Shown one piece after another: positions 13,046-25,534 of a stretch of DNA of 64,000 nucleotides. Numbering within the stretch: the first letter of the stretch is position 1; each line of letters opens with the position of its first letter. Source of the stretch: Octopus sinensis. Lineage: Eukaryota. The stretch lies in contig NC_043001.1 of assembly GCF_006345805.1 (NCBI RefSeq), positions 12,772,001 to 12,836,000 on the forward strand. The letters run 5' to 3'. Both the position numbers and the translations under genes were made by a program. The notes under the pieces are model-generated. The model was not told where the DNA came from. It saw nothing but the letters and a program-made list of their open reading frames with translations, and did not search any database.

Positions 13046-13235
13046 TCGGCATGATTGACGACGAAATCCACAGGTATTTTTAAATTCTTTCTCTGTTTAT
13101 TTCATCGTGTTACTTTCTGCTGAAGAGCGTAGGCTCGAAAAGTAAAATGCTTTCTCACCTTCCCAAGCGTCAACCTACTCCACCTGCTTGTGTTTCTACA
13201 CCTGCCTCCGTCTTTTGCTTTTCTGTAAATTTTAA

Positions 13236-13305
<70 letters not shown>

Positions 13306-13327
13306 GTTTGGGGTTCGAGGATTCATA

Positions 13328-13833
13328 CATAAGCGTTTTGTTCAAATTTAAAAATGCACACAGAAACAGAACTCATTGGCAAAATGTTTTACATTATTTG
13401 AAAAAGAAATGTTTGCTCTACCAGTTGAATTCGATGAATTTTCTCCATTCAGTCAAGGTAGTTCACCACATTTTCTTTTTTATCACAAACCATCTGCTCC
13501 GCCAATTCTCTGGTCGTTTGTCGTGGATTTTCATGAAGAATTTGATTCAATCACTCTTCATCGAACTCAGTTAGTCGACTGGCGTGTGATCCAGCCTTCA
13601 GGTCAAAATTCCCACTTTGAAGCGCGGAAACCAACGGCAGACGGTACGTTGAGACATTTCTCCTTCTCCATACACAGCAGAAAGAACACGAACAGCGTCA
13701 GTGACCTTCATAGTTCGATTAAATGCAAATAGCAAATGGCGTCGAATATTTTCAGTTTTGTCCACTTGACGTTTCATTTTGATCATCTGAAAATACTTTG
13801 CGTGCATTTTTAAATTTGAAAAAAAAACCTTAT
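13328..13833 (-). mobile_element. Internally deleted mariner transposon
   Basis: About 32-bp TIRs (ATAAGCGTTTTGTTCAAATTTAAAAATGCAC and its reverse complement). HTH peptide IRRHLLFAFNR...AVYGEGEMSQRTVCRWFPRF, then frameshifted GNFDLK...LHENPRQTTRELAEQM. Confidence 0.88.
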
Positions 13834-13877
13834 AAATTTTCCTTAAAACAATACATAGATAGAGAGGCAGAGAGAGC

Positions 13878-13928
<51 letters not shown>

Positions 13929-14467
13929 TAGATAGATAGATAGATAGATGGATATACAACATTTAATAAATATAGCCGCTGTTCGAGATATGCTTATGAA
14001 TATCAGTACAAGTTGATATATGTATGTGTGCATCATTTTATACATGTATGTGTATGGGAGTTTCCTGAAAATAGCTTAGAGATCTTGAAATATCAATGAA
14101 GTTTCACCCACACGTACAGCTGAACCACACACGCACACATACATACTTACACACACGCGCATGCACACATACACGCACACACACATATATGTACTTATGA
14201 ATATATGCATTTGGGTGCGTGTGTGCGTTAGTGTGTTTGAGTGTGTGCAGAATACGATAAGAAAGAAAAAGCTGCCATGTATTCCCATGAAAACCATATT
14301 AAAATACTAAAATAAGTCGACTTTTCTTACGGATCTGGAACTCTTATTCTTACTCGTGTGCTATGTGTTGCGTTTTTGTATTAACCAGTCAGCGTCTTCT
14401 TCAAATTTTACGCGGTAATACAAATATATGCTCGCTGAAAAACATCAACGTCATTATTGAAACGATA

Positions 14468-14866
14468 CTAGCAGTATCGCTCGGTGTTGCTCGGGTTTGT
14501 TTCGACCCTTTAGAATTAGAATTTTTGAAAAGTAAAAATTGTGCATTATGTATCTTGCTATTCTCTTTAAGTGAACATTTTTCTGGTTGAAATACACTGA
14601 AAAATGGCGACACAGCAGTCAAAAAATCGTAAAAAATACGGATTTTCATAGGAAAAAAGCACCTTTTTGATGTAAATATTTTATGGTGTTAACATGATCG
14701 ATTTGAATTTTGTCTTCGAAGAAATGAAGAGCAAGCCTTCTTCTATCATACTCTCAATTTTGGTAAACTTGCGTCGCAGGGTCTCGGAGGAGATAGTGCT
14801 AGTTGAAGGCTACCAAACCTGCCATACACAGACAACTTCAGCTTTATATATATATAGATTAGAAGA
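14468..14866 (-). mobile_element. Non-autonomous Helitron
   Basis: 3' end CCCGAGCAACACCGAGCGATACTGCTAG|T; 5' end TC(TTCTAATC)TATATATATATAAAGCTGAAGTTGTCTG. Confidence 0.8.
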
Positions 14867-15873
14867 TGTAAAATAGAATAAAATTAGAAAATTTGAGAGT
14901 TAGCATTCTGAACGCTATATTTCGGAAATAGAATTCTTTTGACATCGATGAAAGAAATGGTATTCGACATGAGCGATACGTAACTTTTAACTAGAAGAAT
15001 CACATCCGCTGAAGCAGCGATAAAAGCGAATGTAGTATATAGAGGTAATTGCATGAAGTGACAGAGAGAAGGCAGCTGATAAAAAAAAAATGAATAGATA
15101 ATGATTGTCTAATTCCTGTATTCTGTGAAAGATAATATATTAAGAGCAAGAATTTATTGTGTTACCTACTTCCTTTGAGGCAAAGTTTTCAAGGCAAAAA
15201 TTTATGGTTTGTGGCAGAATAAATGAGAAAGATGAACTCTGTGTTCTCATCATTTGCAGTGAACATGAATGTTCATTCAATTCACTTCCTGATTTGAAAA
15301 TTTGATTTAATTACTGGTCTTCTAGTATCTTCGGAAACCAAAGATTATTCATGTGACGAATTTGTGTTACATGACATATAATATTTTAATATTGTATAAG
15401 TTTGAATCAATTATAACACTTAATGACAATTTGGGGCACTACCATATGAACTCAGTCTGACGCATTTTATTGAGGGCAAATAGCAGAACATATCCTTGAG
15501 CAATCCACTAACTTGTTATTACAGGCAGGGAAATCAATTATATTAAATTTACTCAGCTGGACAGCGAGGAAATGGAGATGTGATTCAAAGCACAACGGAT
15601 ATCAAATATATCTTCTGCACACACACGTACACACACCCATTGTCTTACTCATACACATATATAGATCTATAGCGATTAATTTGGTATTCTCATAAAGTTC
15701 ATTATACATTACAATTTGAATACTAATTTCCGTATTCTTGCATTACCTTATCATTTATTTCTAATACAACACAAATACATTAGCATATAAACCGTAAATA
15801 TTCCGTAGTTAATTATTATACGATCCTGGTTCTTATTACACGTTACGTGAATGGTTTCATGGAATATGTGTGT

Positions 15874-16260
15874 GGAGGCGCAATGGCCCAGTGGTTAGGG
15901 CAGTGGACTCGCGGTCATAGGATCGCGGTTTCGATTCCCAGACCGGGCGTTGTGAGTGTTTATTGAGCGAAAACACCTAAAGCTCCACGAGGCTCCGGCA
16001 GGGGATGGTGGTGATCCCTGCTGTACTCTTTCACCACAACTTTCTCTCACTCTTACTTCCTGTTTCTGTTGTACCTGTATTTCAAGGGGCCGGCCTTGTC
16101 ACTCTCTGTGTCACGCTGAATATCCCCGAGAACTACGTTAAGGGTGCACGTGTCTGTGGAGTGCTCAGCCACTTACACGTTAATTTCACGAGCAGGCTGT
16201 TCCGTTGATTCGGATCAACCGGAAGCCTCATCGTCGTAACCGACGGAGTGCTTCCATCCA
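15874..16260 (+). mobile_element. SINE family B (tRNA-derived head), full length
   Basis: A box TGGCCCAGTGG, B box GGTTTCGATTCC; homologous to 18811, 49582 and 58622. Confidence 0.92.
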
Positions 16261-16970
16261 GATTACTATGAAATATAAAAAAAGTAAAGAGAAATATGTT
16301 ATTTAGATTATCGCCAATAATTTTGACCTTCAGCCTCACAATAGGAAAAACTGCAACTGAGAAAATATTAAAAAAGTGTTCTGGCTGAACGGATTATATT
16401 CGTAGGCAAATACTAAATAGATTTATTATATATATATACAGAAATATTTATTCTTCATACACAGGAAACATTCTTGGTAATATGAACGATGATAATTAAT
16501 GTATGAATGTGAGCACATCTTTTCAATAATGTATACCCAAAGGAAAAGATGCGTGGTAACTGAAAGCAGAAAAATTATATACATAACAAAAAAGAAAGAG
16601 GCTATTAACACGTTTTATTTTTCATTTTTTTTCTGTCTGTATTAGTGTGACTGGTTAATATTAGCAATATATATTTTTTCACCGCAGAAAAAAATATCAA
16701 AATCTTAATCACCGCATAGAGACCCATAGAAACATAGTAATAAATAAGTAAGCTGATGCATACAAACACAAATACAAAAGGAGCTAGACCCCTTGTCACC
16801 TATTGACCTGTCAGACATCAGTGTTTATGGGAGAAAAATGCTGCGAATGTGCGCACCTGAATGTGAGTGCTTGCGCATGTGCTTGTGTACCTGCGTGTGT
16901 GTACGTGCGTGTGTGTGTGTTATTACTGCAACCAATGTAAAAATACGGTATGATAACTATAAGTTTCATA

Positions 16971-17504
16971 CAGTTCTATATTTAAGAGATGAGGAAGTAT
17001 GTACATTATTTACATTATTTTTATTTGACAGTTATTTTTCCTCGTTTTGTTTGTTGTTAACACAACGTGTCGGCTAATATACCCTCCATCCCCTATCAGG
17101 AGTCTTGGGGAAATTTCGAACCTGTGCATATGGCGTAGTGGTTAAGAGCGCTGGCTACTGACCCCCAAGATACCGAGTTCGATTCCAAACAGTGACCTTA
17201 ACAACAACAACAACAGCAATAATAATAATATTAATAATAATAATAATACCTGTGAATTTTCGTGTGTAATCTGGGAATGCATACAATAAGCTTCTCTGCC
17301 CAAAGATTACGGAAAACACTCGGCCAGAAACGGAAGAAAATTTGAAGAAAGAAGGAATAAAAATAATAATGATAATAATAACATCATCGAAAAATATCTT
17401 AGGATTGAGAATCCAGGTTCGAAAATTCTCCAAGACACTCGATGAGTGCTGGAGGGTATATCAACCGAAAAAGCGGGGGAAAATATACGTCAAATGTAAA
17501 TAAG
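16971..17504. mobile_element. Family F inverted composite: minus tail, then plus head-linker-tail
   Basis: Junction at 17124/17126; A box 17131-17141, B box 17175-17186; flanking AAG(T/G)TTCATA at 16961 and 17505. Both hammerheads mutated. Confidence 0.85.
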
Positions 17505-18387
17505 AAGGTTCATATTCTTTTATTTGCAGAAGCGAAACTGTATAGGGAACTAGCAAGCACTTTCAGTAGATCTGCTCAATTACACAATAACATCTGAGTG
17601 ATATATGCTACAAACTTACATGTCAGCTGCGAAGTTAGAAAAACATTGAAACAGAAAAAAGAGTCAGGAGTGTACATACAAATACCTTACTGAACTTTTC
17701 ATAGTCAAACTTTTATAAGCTAAAGATCAGGGTAACAATCGAATAGCTACATGATATGAAACTTAACACGGCTTTCTATCAGCATGCTGTAGATTACAAA
17801 AATGGCTCCATATATCTAACCTCTATACCCACGCATCTGACACTATGCCGAGGCAAGCCATATAGTCAGTCTACATAGTCTATAACAACCATATGCACGG
17901 AAGGACTCTGTTCCCCCCACTAATAAATAAACGTGAAATCGTACTTCTTATTGACTCCAAATGTATTCAGTCATCTAATCACACACGATAGATGACCAAA
18001 GGCAAACCTGGAGGTACGTATAATACTACTACTGAATAACACAGGATGAAATCTGAAGGTGGACGAGATTTATACTGTACTCTACTACGTTCTTAACAGA
18101 ATATACCATAACCACATATGTATAAATACATATATATATATTACGGAGATGTACTTGCATAGCAAGTGATTTGATCTTAGTTCGTGTGCTGGAACGAAAA
18201 CAATTGCAGCGTGGAAAGTGTTTGTAAGCCATTTAAGAAACACACAAAAGCCGTTCGATTCACTTCAACTTTTAAGTTTAATTTGTCAAAATATTTTCGT
18301 CGCTATAAGACCGCGACCTGTTCACTGACAAAAATCCGTGCTGCATCCGTGCTGCATATATATAAATATATATAAATATATAAATAT

Positions 18388-18424
<37 letters not shown>

Positions 18425-18429
18425 GCTGA

Positions 18430-18703
18430 GAACCCCTTCGGTCATAACTGGGCATGGAATTGCACCTAGAAAGCTATCGTTCCAGACACAAGTCCGGGCA
18501 AATTTGTTTATGAAAGAGCAGCTGTCGCCGATACAGCTTGGAACCTGTGACGTCGCAACTCATTTCTACAGCAGAGTGAACTGGATCAACGTGAAATAAA
18601 GTGTCTTGCTCAAGAACACAACGTGCAGCCCGGTCCGCGATTCGAACTCCCAGCCTCACGATCGTAAGCTCGACGCTCTAACCACTAAGTCATGCGCCTT
18701 CAC
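18430..18703 (-). mobile_element. SINE family D (tRNA head plus CORE-like TTGAGCAAGACACTTTA...GTAGAAATGAG block), internally deleted
   Basis: Homologous to 37726-38070. Confidence 0.88.
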
Positions 18704-18746
18704 TCATGTATATACAAGCACATACACATACACACACACAGACACA

Positions 18747-18810
<64 letters not shown>

Positions 18811-18812
<2 letters not shown>

Positions 18813-19060
18813 TCCCTGCTGTACTCTTTCACCACAACTTTCTCTCACTCTTACTTCCTGTTTCTGTTGTACCTGTATTTCAAAGGGCCGGCCTTGTCAC
18901 TCTCTGTGTCACGCTGAATCTCCTCAAGAACTACGTTAAGGGTGCACGTGATTGTGGAGTGCTCAGCCGCTTACACGTTAATTTCACGAGCAGGCTGTTC
19001 CGTTGATTCAGATCAACCGGAACCGTCATCGTCGTTACCGACGGAGTGCTTCCATCCATC
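18811..19060 (+). mobile_element. SINE family B, 5'-truncated
   Basis: Starts GATCCCTGCTGTACTC directly after (CA)n(TA)n. Confidence 0.9.
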
Positions 19061-19999
19061 CATGTGTAAATGTATTACTTCACTTCCAGTTCACGCCTTT
19101 TCAATTGATTTTTTTGAGTTTCTATGCAAAGATTCCGTTAATTCAAATTCGCTGTTCTCTCTCAGATTTTTATTCTATTTCCTATTTATATACGCGAAGG
19201 AAAACGGAGGCCGAGGAGGTGATATATTCAATCCTATGACACAGAAGACGATTGGAAAAGCACTTAACTAAATTTATTAAGTGGTCTTTTAGAAATGCGT
19301 CACGTTTTCATCATATTATTCGTGATTAATTAAAATAAATATATGAAATCGTATGAACGCTCCCTAAAAAATGAATTCTGTTGGAAATAGAATACGAGCA
19401 TTTCGTGTTACACATAACTTAGTATTGTGATTTACTCGAAAGAACATTTCTTTGACGTGTTAAGAAAATATTAAACAAAGCTATAACCATAAATAATTTT
19501 CTTCCCGGGAAATTAATTTTGACATTGCCAAATAGATTTTGACATTGGCAAAATGACATTGTGCTTCGGTTATGTTGACCTTGTATATAAATTTCATCAT
19601 TATTAAGGAATCAATACACCCATATCAACGTGTATTTAGTGTGTCAAATTCTAGCGCGCAAGAAGGTTGATTCGATATCTTCGCCAGACAGTGCGATATC
19701 ACAGCAAGGAAAGCGCATCGTTTCGAATTTTTCCCGTCTCCTCAGATCAAAACGAAAAACATCCGATTGGCAGTGCTGCCTTCTATCCATTTGGCCATCA
19801 TGCCCTCGATATTCTACTGGTTCAAGCGTGTGAGGACAAAGTGTATATGTGTGTGTGTGTGTGTGTTTTAAAGAGAGAGAGAGTGTGTGTGTGTGTCTGC
19901 TCATCGCTCTATTAATATGTATGCATATATATATATATATATATATATCGTTTATACACACATTTATATATATATATATATATATCGTTTATACACACA

Positions 20000-20030
<31 letters not shown>

Positions 20031-20222
20031 GTAGGTCCCGGGTTGATTCGGGGTTAACCACAGTAAATAAGGTACTCAATACATAGCAGAGTAAAATTAA
20101 TTTATTATATAGAAGGAGCTTCTACAGGACTAGAACTGTTTCATTCAAGAGAAATCATCAGGAAGCCTGATGATTTCTCTTAAATGAAACAGTTCTAGTC
20201 CTGTAGAAGCTCCTTCTATATA

Positions 20223-20228
<6 letters not shown>
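20031..20228 (-). mobile_element. Hammerhead-bearing element end with inverted partial duplication, inside (TA)n
   Basis: 63-bp arms 20100-20162 and 20166-20228, one mismatch, 3-nt loop. Confidence 0.7.
20118..20166 (-). ncRNA. Type I hammerhead ribozyme (second family), GUA cleavage triplet
   Basis: GCUUC-CUGAUGA-U-UUC(UCUU)GAA-U-GAA-ACAG(UUCUAGUC)CUGU-A/GAAGC; all three stems pair. Confidence 0.7.
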
Positions 20229-20260
<32 letters not shown>

Positions 20261-22019
20261 AGAGAGGGAAAGAAAGAAAGATGTAGCTATGAATGCATGT
20301 CCATAGATGTGGATATATATAATTACATGCAAAGATGCGACCATGAGAAATAATATTCTTAAGATTATAAACCTGGAAAATTACAGGCCGAGTTATTACA
20401 CATGGAAAAGTTCAGGAGAATTTATTATATCTGGTAAAGTACTGAATGAGAAAATTGTTACTTAAATTATTGCAGATAATGATAAAATATTATTATTAGA
20501 TTTTATTAAAACTAAACATTATATTACAAGTTATAATTTTAGTTTGTCATCATTTGTTACTTCTATTAAAATGAAAAATAACTAAAAATGTAATTGCACA
20601 TTTAAAACGTCATCTTTTTAACTATCAATTATTAATCAGAAATGTGAAAATAGGTTATAAAATAATAGTAGTATATAATTAATTAGTAAAATAAAGAGAA
20701 TAATACAAAAATCACATATGTATTACAGTAAAATCTACCTATAACAACAAATTCATAGTAAAATTTGCTTGAGGTAATGCCACGTCTTCATATTTTTAGT
20801 TTTGACACAACACCTATCTTGTCCATAAGGAATTTTCCTACCATAATTACTATTCTACTTTGCATAAATCTTTAGCTATATTAGAACTTCTGACCCTCCT
20901 TTTTAAAGTATTCTAGTGTGTCAATATTTGAACAAATTGATGGTACCTTTTTAAAATTATAATGTAACTTCTTAAATTATAGTCAAATATTTTTTTATAT
21001 CCAAATTTTAACCTTAGCTGCAATATTTAAATAAAAAGTTTCTTGTTCTGCACTTTACCAGATATAATAACGTGTAGATTATTTTAAAAATAAATAAGTT
21101 AATTATTCATAAATCCAAACTTTTGTGTTATGTTATTTTTCAGGATATTTTACCTCACATTTTTGCTAGAATTCTTTTTGGCATGGGAACAAGACTATGA
21201 AATTATTTATACTTTCTTCTATCATTGAAGCTAAAAATATATATATATTACTTTTTAAAATTTTTAAATGTGTTTCTTTTCCATCTAAATGTAATTGGTG
21301 GTGTTATTACAAATTTTGATGCAACTGGATCGAATCTCAATTTTTTATGAGAAATTGTGGCTAGTGACAAGTCCTATTCAAGAATGTTAACAAATTTCAG
21401 TTTGATTAAGAACTGAATTAGCAACAAACTCTGAAAGATGCTGCGACGAGTAAATTGCGGTCTGAAGGATATTATTCAACTAGTTCCATAGTTGAATGAT
21501 TGAATGACAAGAGAACAAGATTTACCTAAGTTCTGTATTTTAATGGCTTCGAACAAGCAGTATGTTGTTGAATATGCATCCAACTCTGACCGCACAATAG
21601 CCTATAGCGGAAACAGATGTAAGAGAAAGAAGAGGATTCCCTAACGTGCCTAATTAATTTGTTATTCATTAATTGATATAACGTTCTCCTTTCAGCCATA
21701 ACTATATTGAGTTCTAACAACTGTTAGTATGCTTAAGTGAAATCATAATACGATATCTGATGAAAAGGTAACGGGACTTGTGCTATGAAAACAATACTAA
21801 AACACATACCAATTCCGTATATAATCCCTTTCGAATTAGTCCCCGCTGAAGTCCCACGCCTAACCCAACGCCGTTTCTATTGATAGAAGAATTCCTGTAA
21901 CAGCATTTCGAGGACAGTGAGCAGCCGTCTCGTCGCTTCTGGATTTACTCGAGATCATGAAACCTAGTTCTTTACAAATTGGATTTCATTTCTGTCTTGG
22001 AATTGGAATTTTAACTATA

Positions 22020-22150
22020 AACCTGCGATTCTTCACCTATTATTACCCTTTTCAAATCGTTTTCGTCTATCTCAACCCGATAAAGGAGACCGTTCGCTGC
22101 TGAACACCAACCGTCTCTTTTTGAGACGATCACGTTTTACAGCTTTTAAT
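22020..22150 (-). pseudogene. Possible Merlin/ISXO2-like transposase scrap
   Basis: RDGWC...RVEIDENDLKR resembles the DGW and VEIDES motifs; very short. Confidence 0.3.
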
Positions 22151-22315
22151 TCCAAGCAATGCTATAAATGACGGAAAAAAGTGCGAGAACGTTATAGTTT
22201 AGTTTGCATACACAACAAGGCTCAAAGTTAAATTGAGCGTAGCGGCTTTTCTTTAGCACCGTCTTCATAGCAACGGTCCCGATATTTTGTCTTCAGATCT
22301 TGTGTGAGGGAGAGA

Positions 22316-22353
<38 letters not shown>

Positions 22354-22428
22354 TTAATTTGAAAACCAAATACAAAAATGCAACAAAAGGCCAAAGGTGT
22401 TTTACAGTAAAAACCTATTATGCCCATA

Positions 22429-22812
22429 CAGTTCTATATTTAAGAGATGAGTAATTATGTACATTATTTACATGATTTACAATTGACGGATATTTGTCCT
22501 CGTCTTGTGTGTTAACACAACGTTTCGGCTGATATACCCTCCAGCCTTCATCAGGTGTCTTGGGAAATTTAGAACCTCGGTTCTCATTCCTATGAATTTT
22601 TTTCGATGTTTTTGTTATTATTATTATTATTATTATTATTGTTTTTGTTGTTGTTGTTGTTGTTGTTGCTGTTGTTGTTATTATTATTATTGTTATTCAG
22701 GTCAATGCCTGCAATCGAACTCGGAGTCTTGGGCTTAATAGCCTGCGTTCTTAACGACTACGACATATGCCTACGGGCATATGGCGCACTAGTTAATAAT
22801 AATAATATAATA

Positions 22813-22869
<57 letters not shown>

Positions 22870-23013
22870 CAACAACGAAAAATACCTAAGGAAGGAGAGC
22901 CTAGATTCAAAATTTCCCCACGACACCTGATGAAGGCTGGAGGGTATATCTACTGAAACGTTGTGTTAACAACAAACAAGATGAGGACAAATGTCCGTCA
23001 ATTGTAAATAATG
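22429..23013. mobile_element. Family F inverted composite: full minus copy (to 22771), then head-deleted plus copy
   Basis: Junction CATATGCC-TAC-GGGCATATG; flanking TAT(T/C)ATGCCCA at 22416 and 23014. Confidence 0.9.
22514..22559 (-). ncRNA. Minimal type I hammerhead ribozyme (family F), best-preserved copy
   Basis: GACAC-CUGAUGA-A-GGCUG(gaggguauau)CAGCC-GAAAC-GUU/GUGUU; loopless palindromic ACGU stem III. Confidence 0.78.
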
Positions 23014-23848
23014 TATCATGCCCACGCAACATATTCTATTTCATATAAAACCATTTTACAAATATCTTTCCGAACATCACTTCCATATCTTTTGATTCCT
23101 TTTTAATAGTAATTTTACCATGTTAAATTTATTTCATAAATCTTTTAATAACTGAGAATATTCATAGGTGTGTACATTAATAGTTTTGTGGTAAAATGTT
23201 TTGCTGTCACGCGAGTACCCGAATTTGACACCCAGCCAATACATATTAATCATTAAAAACATTTTCCCAGCGTGTCTGCTTTTCAACAACTGCAAGGTAT
23301 TTCTTTTGATTTTTGTAACAAACCGCACCAATTAATGTCGTTCACAAGTCTTTTTTCTGGAATTCTTGGTTTAGCTAGTTTTCTATAAAATTTGACTGTC
23401 GCAGACAATAACGGATTTAATCTTTTATATTTGTTGCAGTCATTTGGACAATGGCTATGCTTTGCCTGCACCTAGAATTATTTACTCAAATAAATAGAGT
23501 ATTGCACTTATTTTTACGTCTGATACTTATGCTATCAACCTCTTTTGCCGAACTACGTTACAGGAACATTAGCAATTCAACGCTGGTTAACAAGTACTGG
23601 GTGCCGACAAACACAAAGACACACACATACACATGTGCCGTCTAGGTAGGCAAGGTAGGCAGTGCCTAACTTAGATAAAATATGTACCTGATTCGATAAA
23701 ATTTATTAAGATTACTCTGATTACTATGCATAAAATGCAATATATATATATAAGTTCAGCAACAATTTAGATTCAAATGAATATGGTACTTAATTTAAAT
23801 GCACCAGAATTTTTTATGGTGCTACCCATAAAAATAAGCAGGGTGATT

Positions 23849-24057
23849 ATAATAAAAAATAAGCAACAAGAATGAATCCGGTAATTTAGTACAATTGTCT
23901 CATACTACAACGTTTTATTAAAAGCTGTAAATATTACAGCAGATTTAAGATGCCGAGTAATCTTCAACTAATTTTATATAGGTTTTCCAATAATAAAATG
24001 TTGTAGTATGAAACAATTGTACTAAATTACCGGATTCATTCTTGTTGCTTATTTTTG

Positions 24058-24062
<5 letters not shown>
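23849..24062. repeat. 72-bp inverted repeat with 70-bp spacer (fold-back/MITE-like)
   Basis: 23849-23920 versus 23991-24062, 3 mismatches. Confidence 0.85.
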
Positions 24063-24110
<48 letters not shown>

Positions 24111-24567
24111 TGGTAGATTAGGTAGGCATAAATTGTCCCTGCTTTTCAATCTCAGTATTAAGCTACGAATAGAACTGCTGTAGTGCACATATTGCATATA
24201 AACTCCTACAACACATTTTTCTTTACTTGTTTTAAAGGCAGAAGTAAACCCGAAGCGCAACTCAAGCACGTGTCTGTGTTTCGCTCATTTTGTTTTGTGT
24301 TTTACCACATAAAATTCACCAACTGCCTAGCCTGAGTAATTACTGATGGTACCTGCCTGATACACATATACACAGACACTTATATACAAACCGGCTTCCA
24401 CACAGTTTGAGTCTATAATGCATTGATAATCCTGTGGTTATATTCAAAGCCAAACGCGCAAGATGTCATGTGCGGAGACTTTATCTAAATCCACATAGTT
24501 GCAAAACGATCTTCTTAGTGAAATATGCAGACGTTTCTATGTCGATATTATTAATAATATTATGTTT

Positions 24568-24710
24568 TGAGTTCATATTTCTCCGAGGTTAACATTGCCG
24601 TTTATCCTTTCGGGGTCAATGAATTAAATACCAGTTGAGCACTGAGGTCGATGTAATCGAAATGCCCCCTTCCCCAAAATTTCAGGCCTTGTGCCTATAG
24701 TAGAAAGCAT
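24568..24710 (+). mobile_element. SINE family C, short-tail variant, partial
   Basis: TCCTTTCGGGGTCAATGAATTAAATACCAG core; tail CCCCAAAATTTCAGGCCTTGTGCC. Confidence 0.75.
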
Positions 24711-24763
24711 ATTTTGGGGGTTTGAGCCAAAATTCGAAGTAATAATTATTGATATATTTAATA

Positions 24764-25110
24764 TGACGAGCTGCCAGAATCGTTAGCACGAGAGGCGATA
24801 TGCTTAGATGTATTTCGGCTGCCGCTACGTTCTGAGTTCAAATTTCGCCGACGTCTACTTTGCCTTTCATGTTTTCGGAGTCGATAAATTAAATACCCAT
24901 TTCTTTATTACCCACGAGGGGCTAAACATAGAAGGGACAAACAAGAACAGACATAGGTATTACGTCATTTACATCGACCCCAGTGCGTAACTTGTACTTA
25001 ATTTATCGATAAATTAAATACCAGTTACGCACTGGGGTCGTTGTTATCGACTAGCACCCTTCCCCTAAAAAGTTCCAAAAAGGCCTTGTGCTTAAAGACG
25101 AAACGATTAA
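24764..25110 (+). mobile_element. SINE family C containing an antisense family C insertion (24898-25005)
   Basis: 17-bp direct repeat TCGATAAATTAAATACC at 24881 and 25006. Confidence 0.85.
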
Positions 25111-25474
25111 TAATTCTTTATTTTTTCTCAGTTTAAAAAGAAAAACTTGTTTATCATTGTATATTTTATTTTTTATATTTAAATCAATTGTGCCTCTCAA
25201 AAGTTCTCAACATGGCTGCTTCTCCTCGTTTCAACGGCCATGCTTTTATTCTATTATCCTGTTCTTTCTTTCTCACCCACCCTTCCATCTATTATTTTCG
25301 ATTGTGTCCATTTTATACAGCAATCCTATGCATAATGCATAACTGAATATAAATGAACTTCACGTGTCAATAGTTACTTCTACGTTATAAATTGCATCTA
25401 TTGCTTTCAGTTCTGCCTGTTCAGTTGTACCACAGTAACAGTTTTGCATGTCTGTATAAGTGTCTCTGTCCATC

Positions 25475-25534
<60 letters not shown>

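Noticed and set aside
17126-17200. tRNA-like sequence with apparent ACT anticodon (also family B and D heads)
   Set aside because: No acceptor stem or terminator; always fused to SINE bodies, so not tRNA genes.
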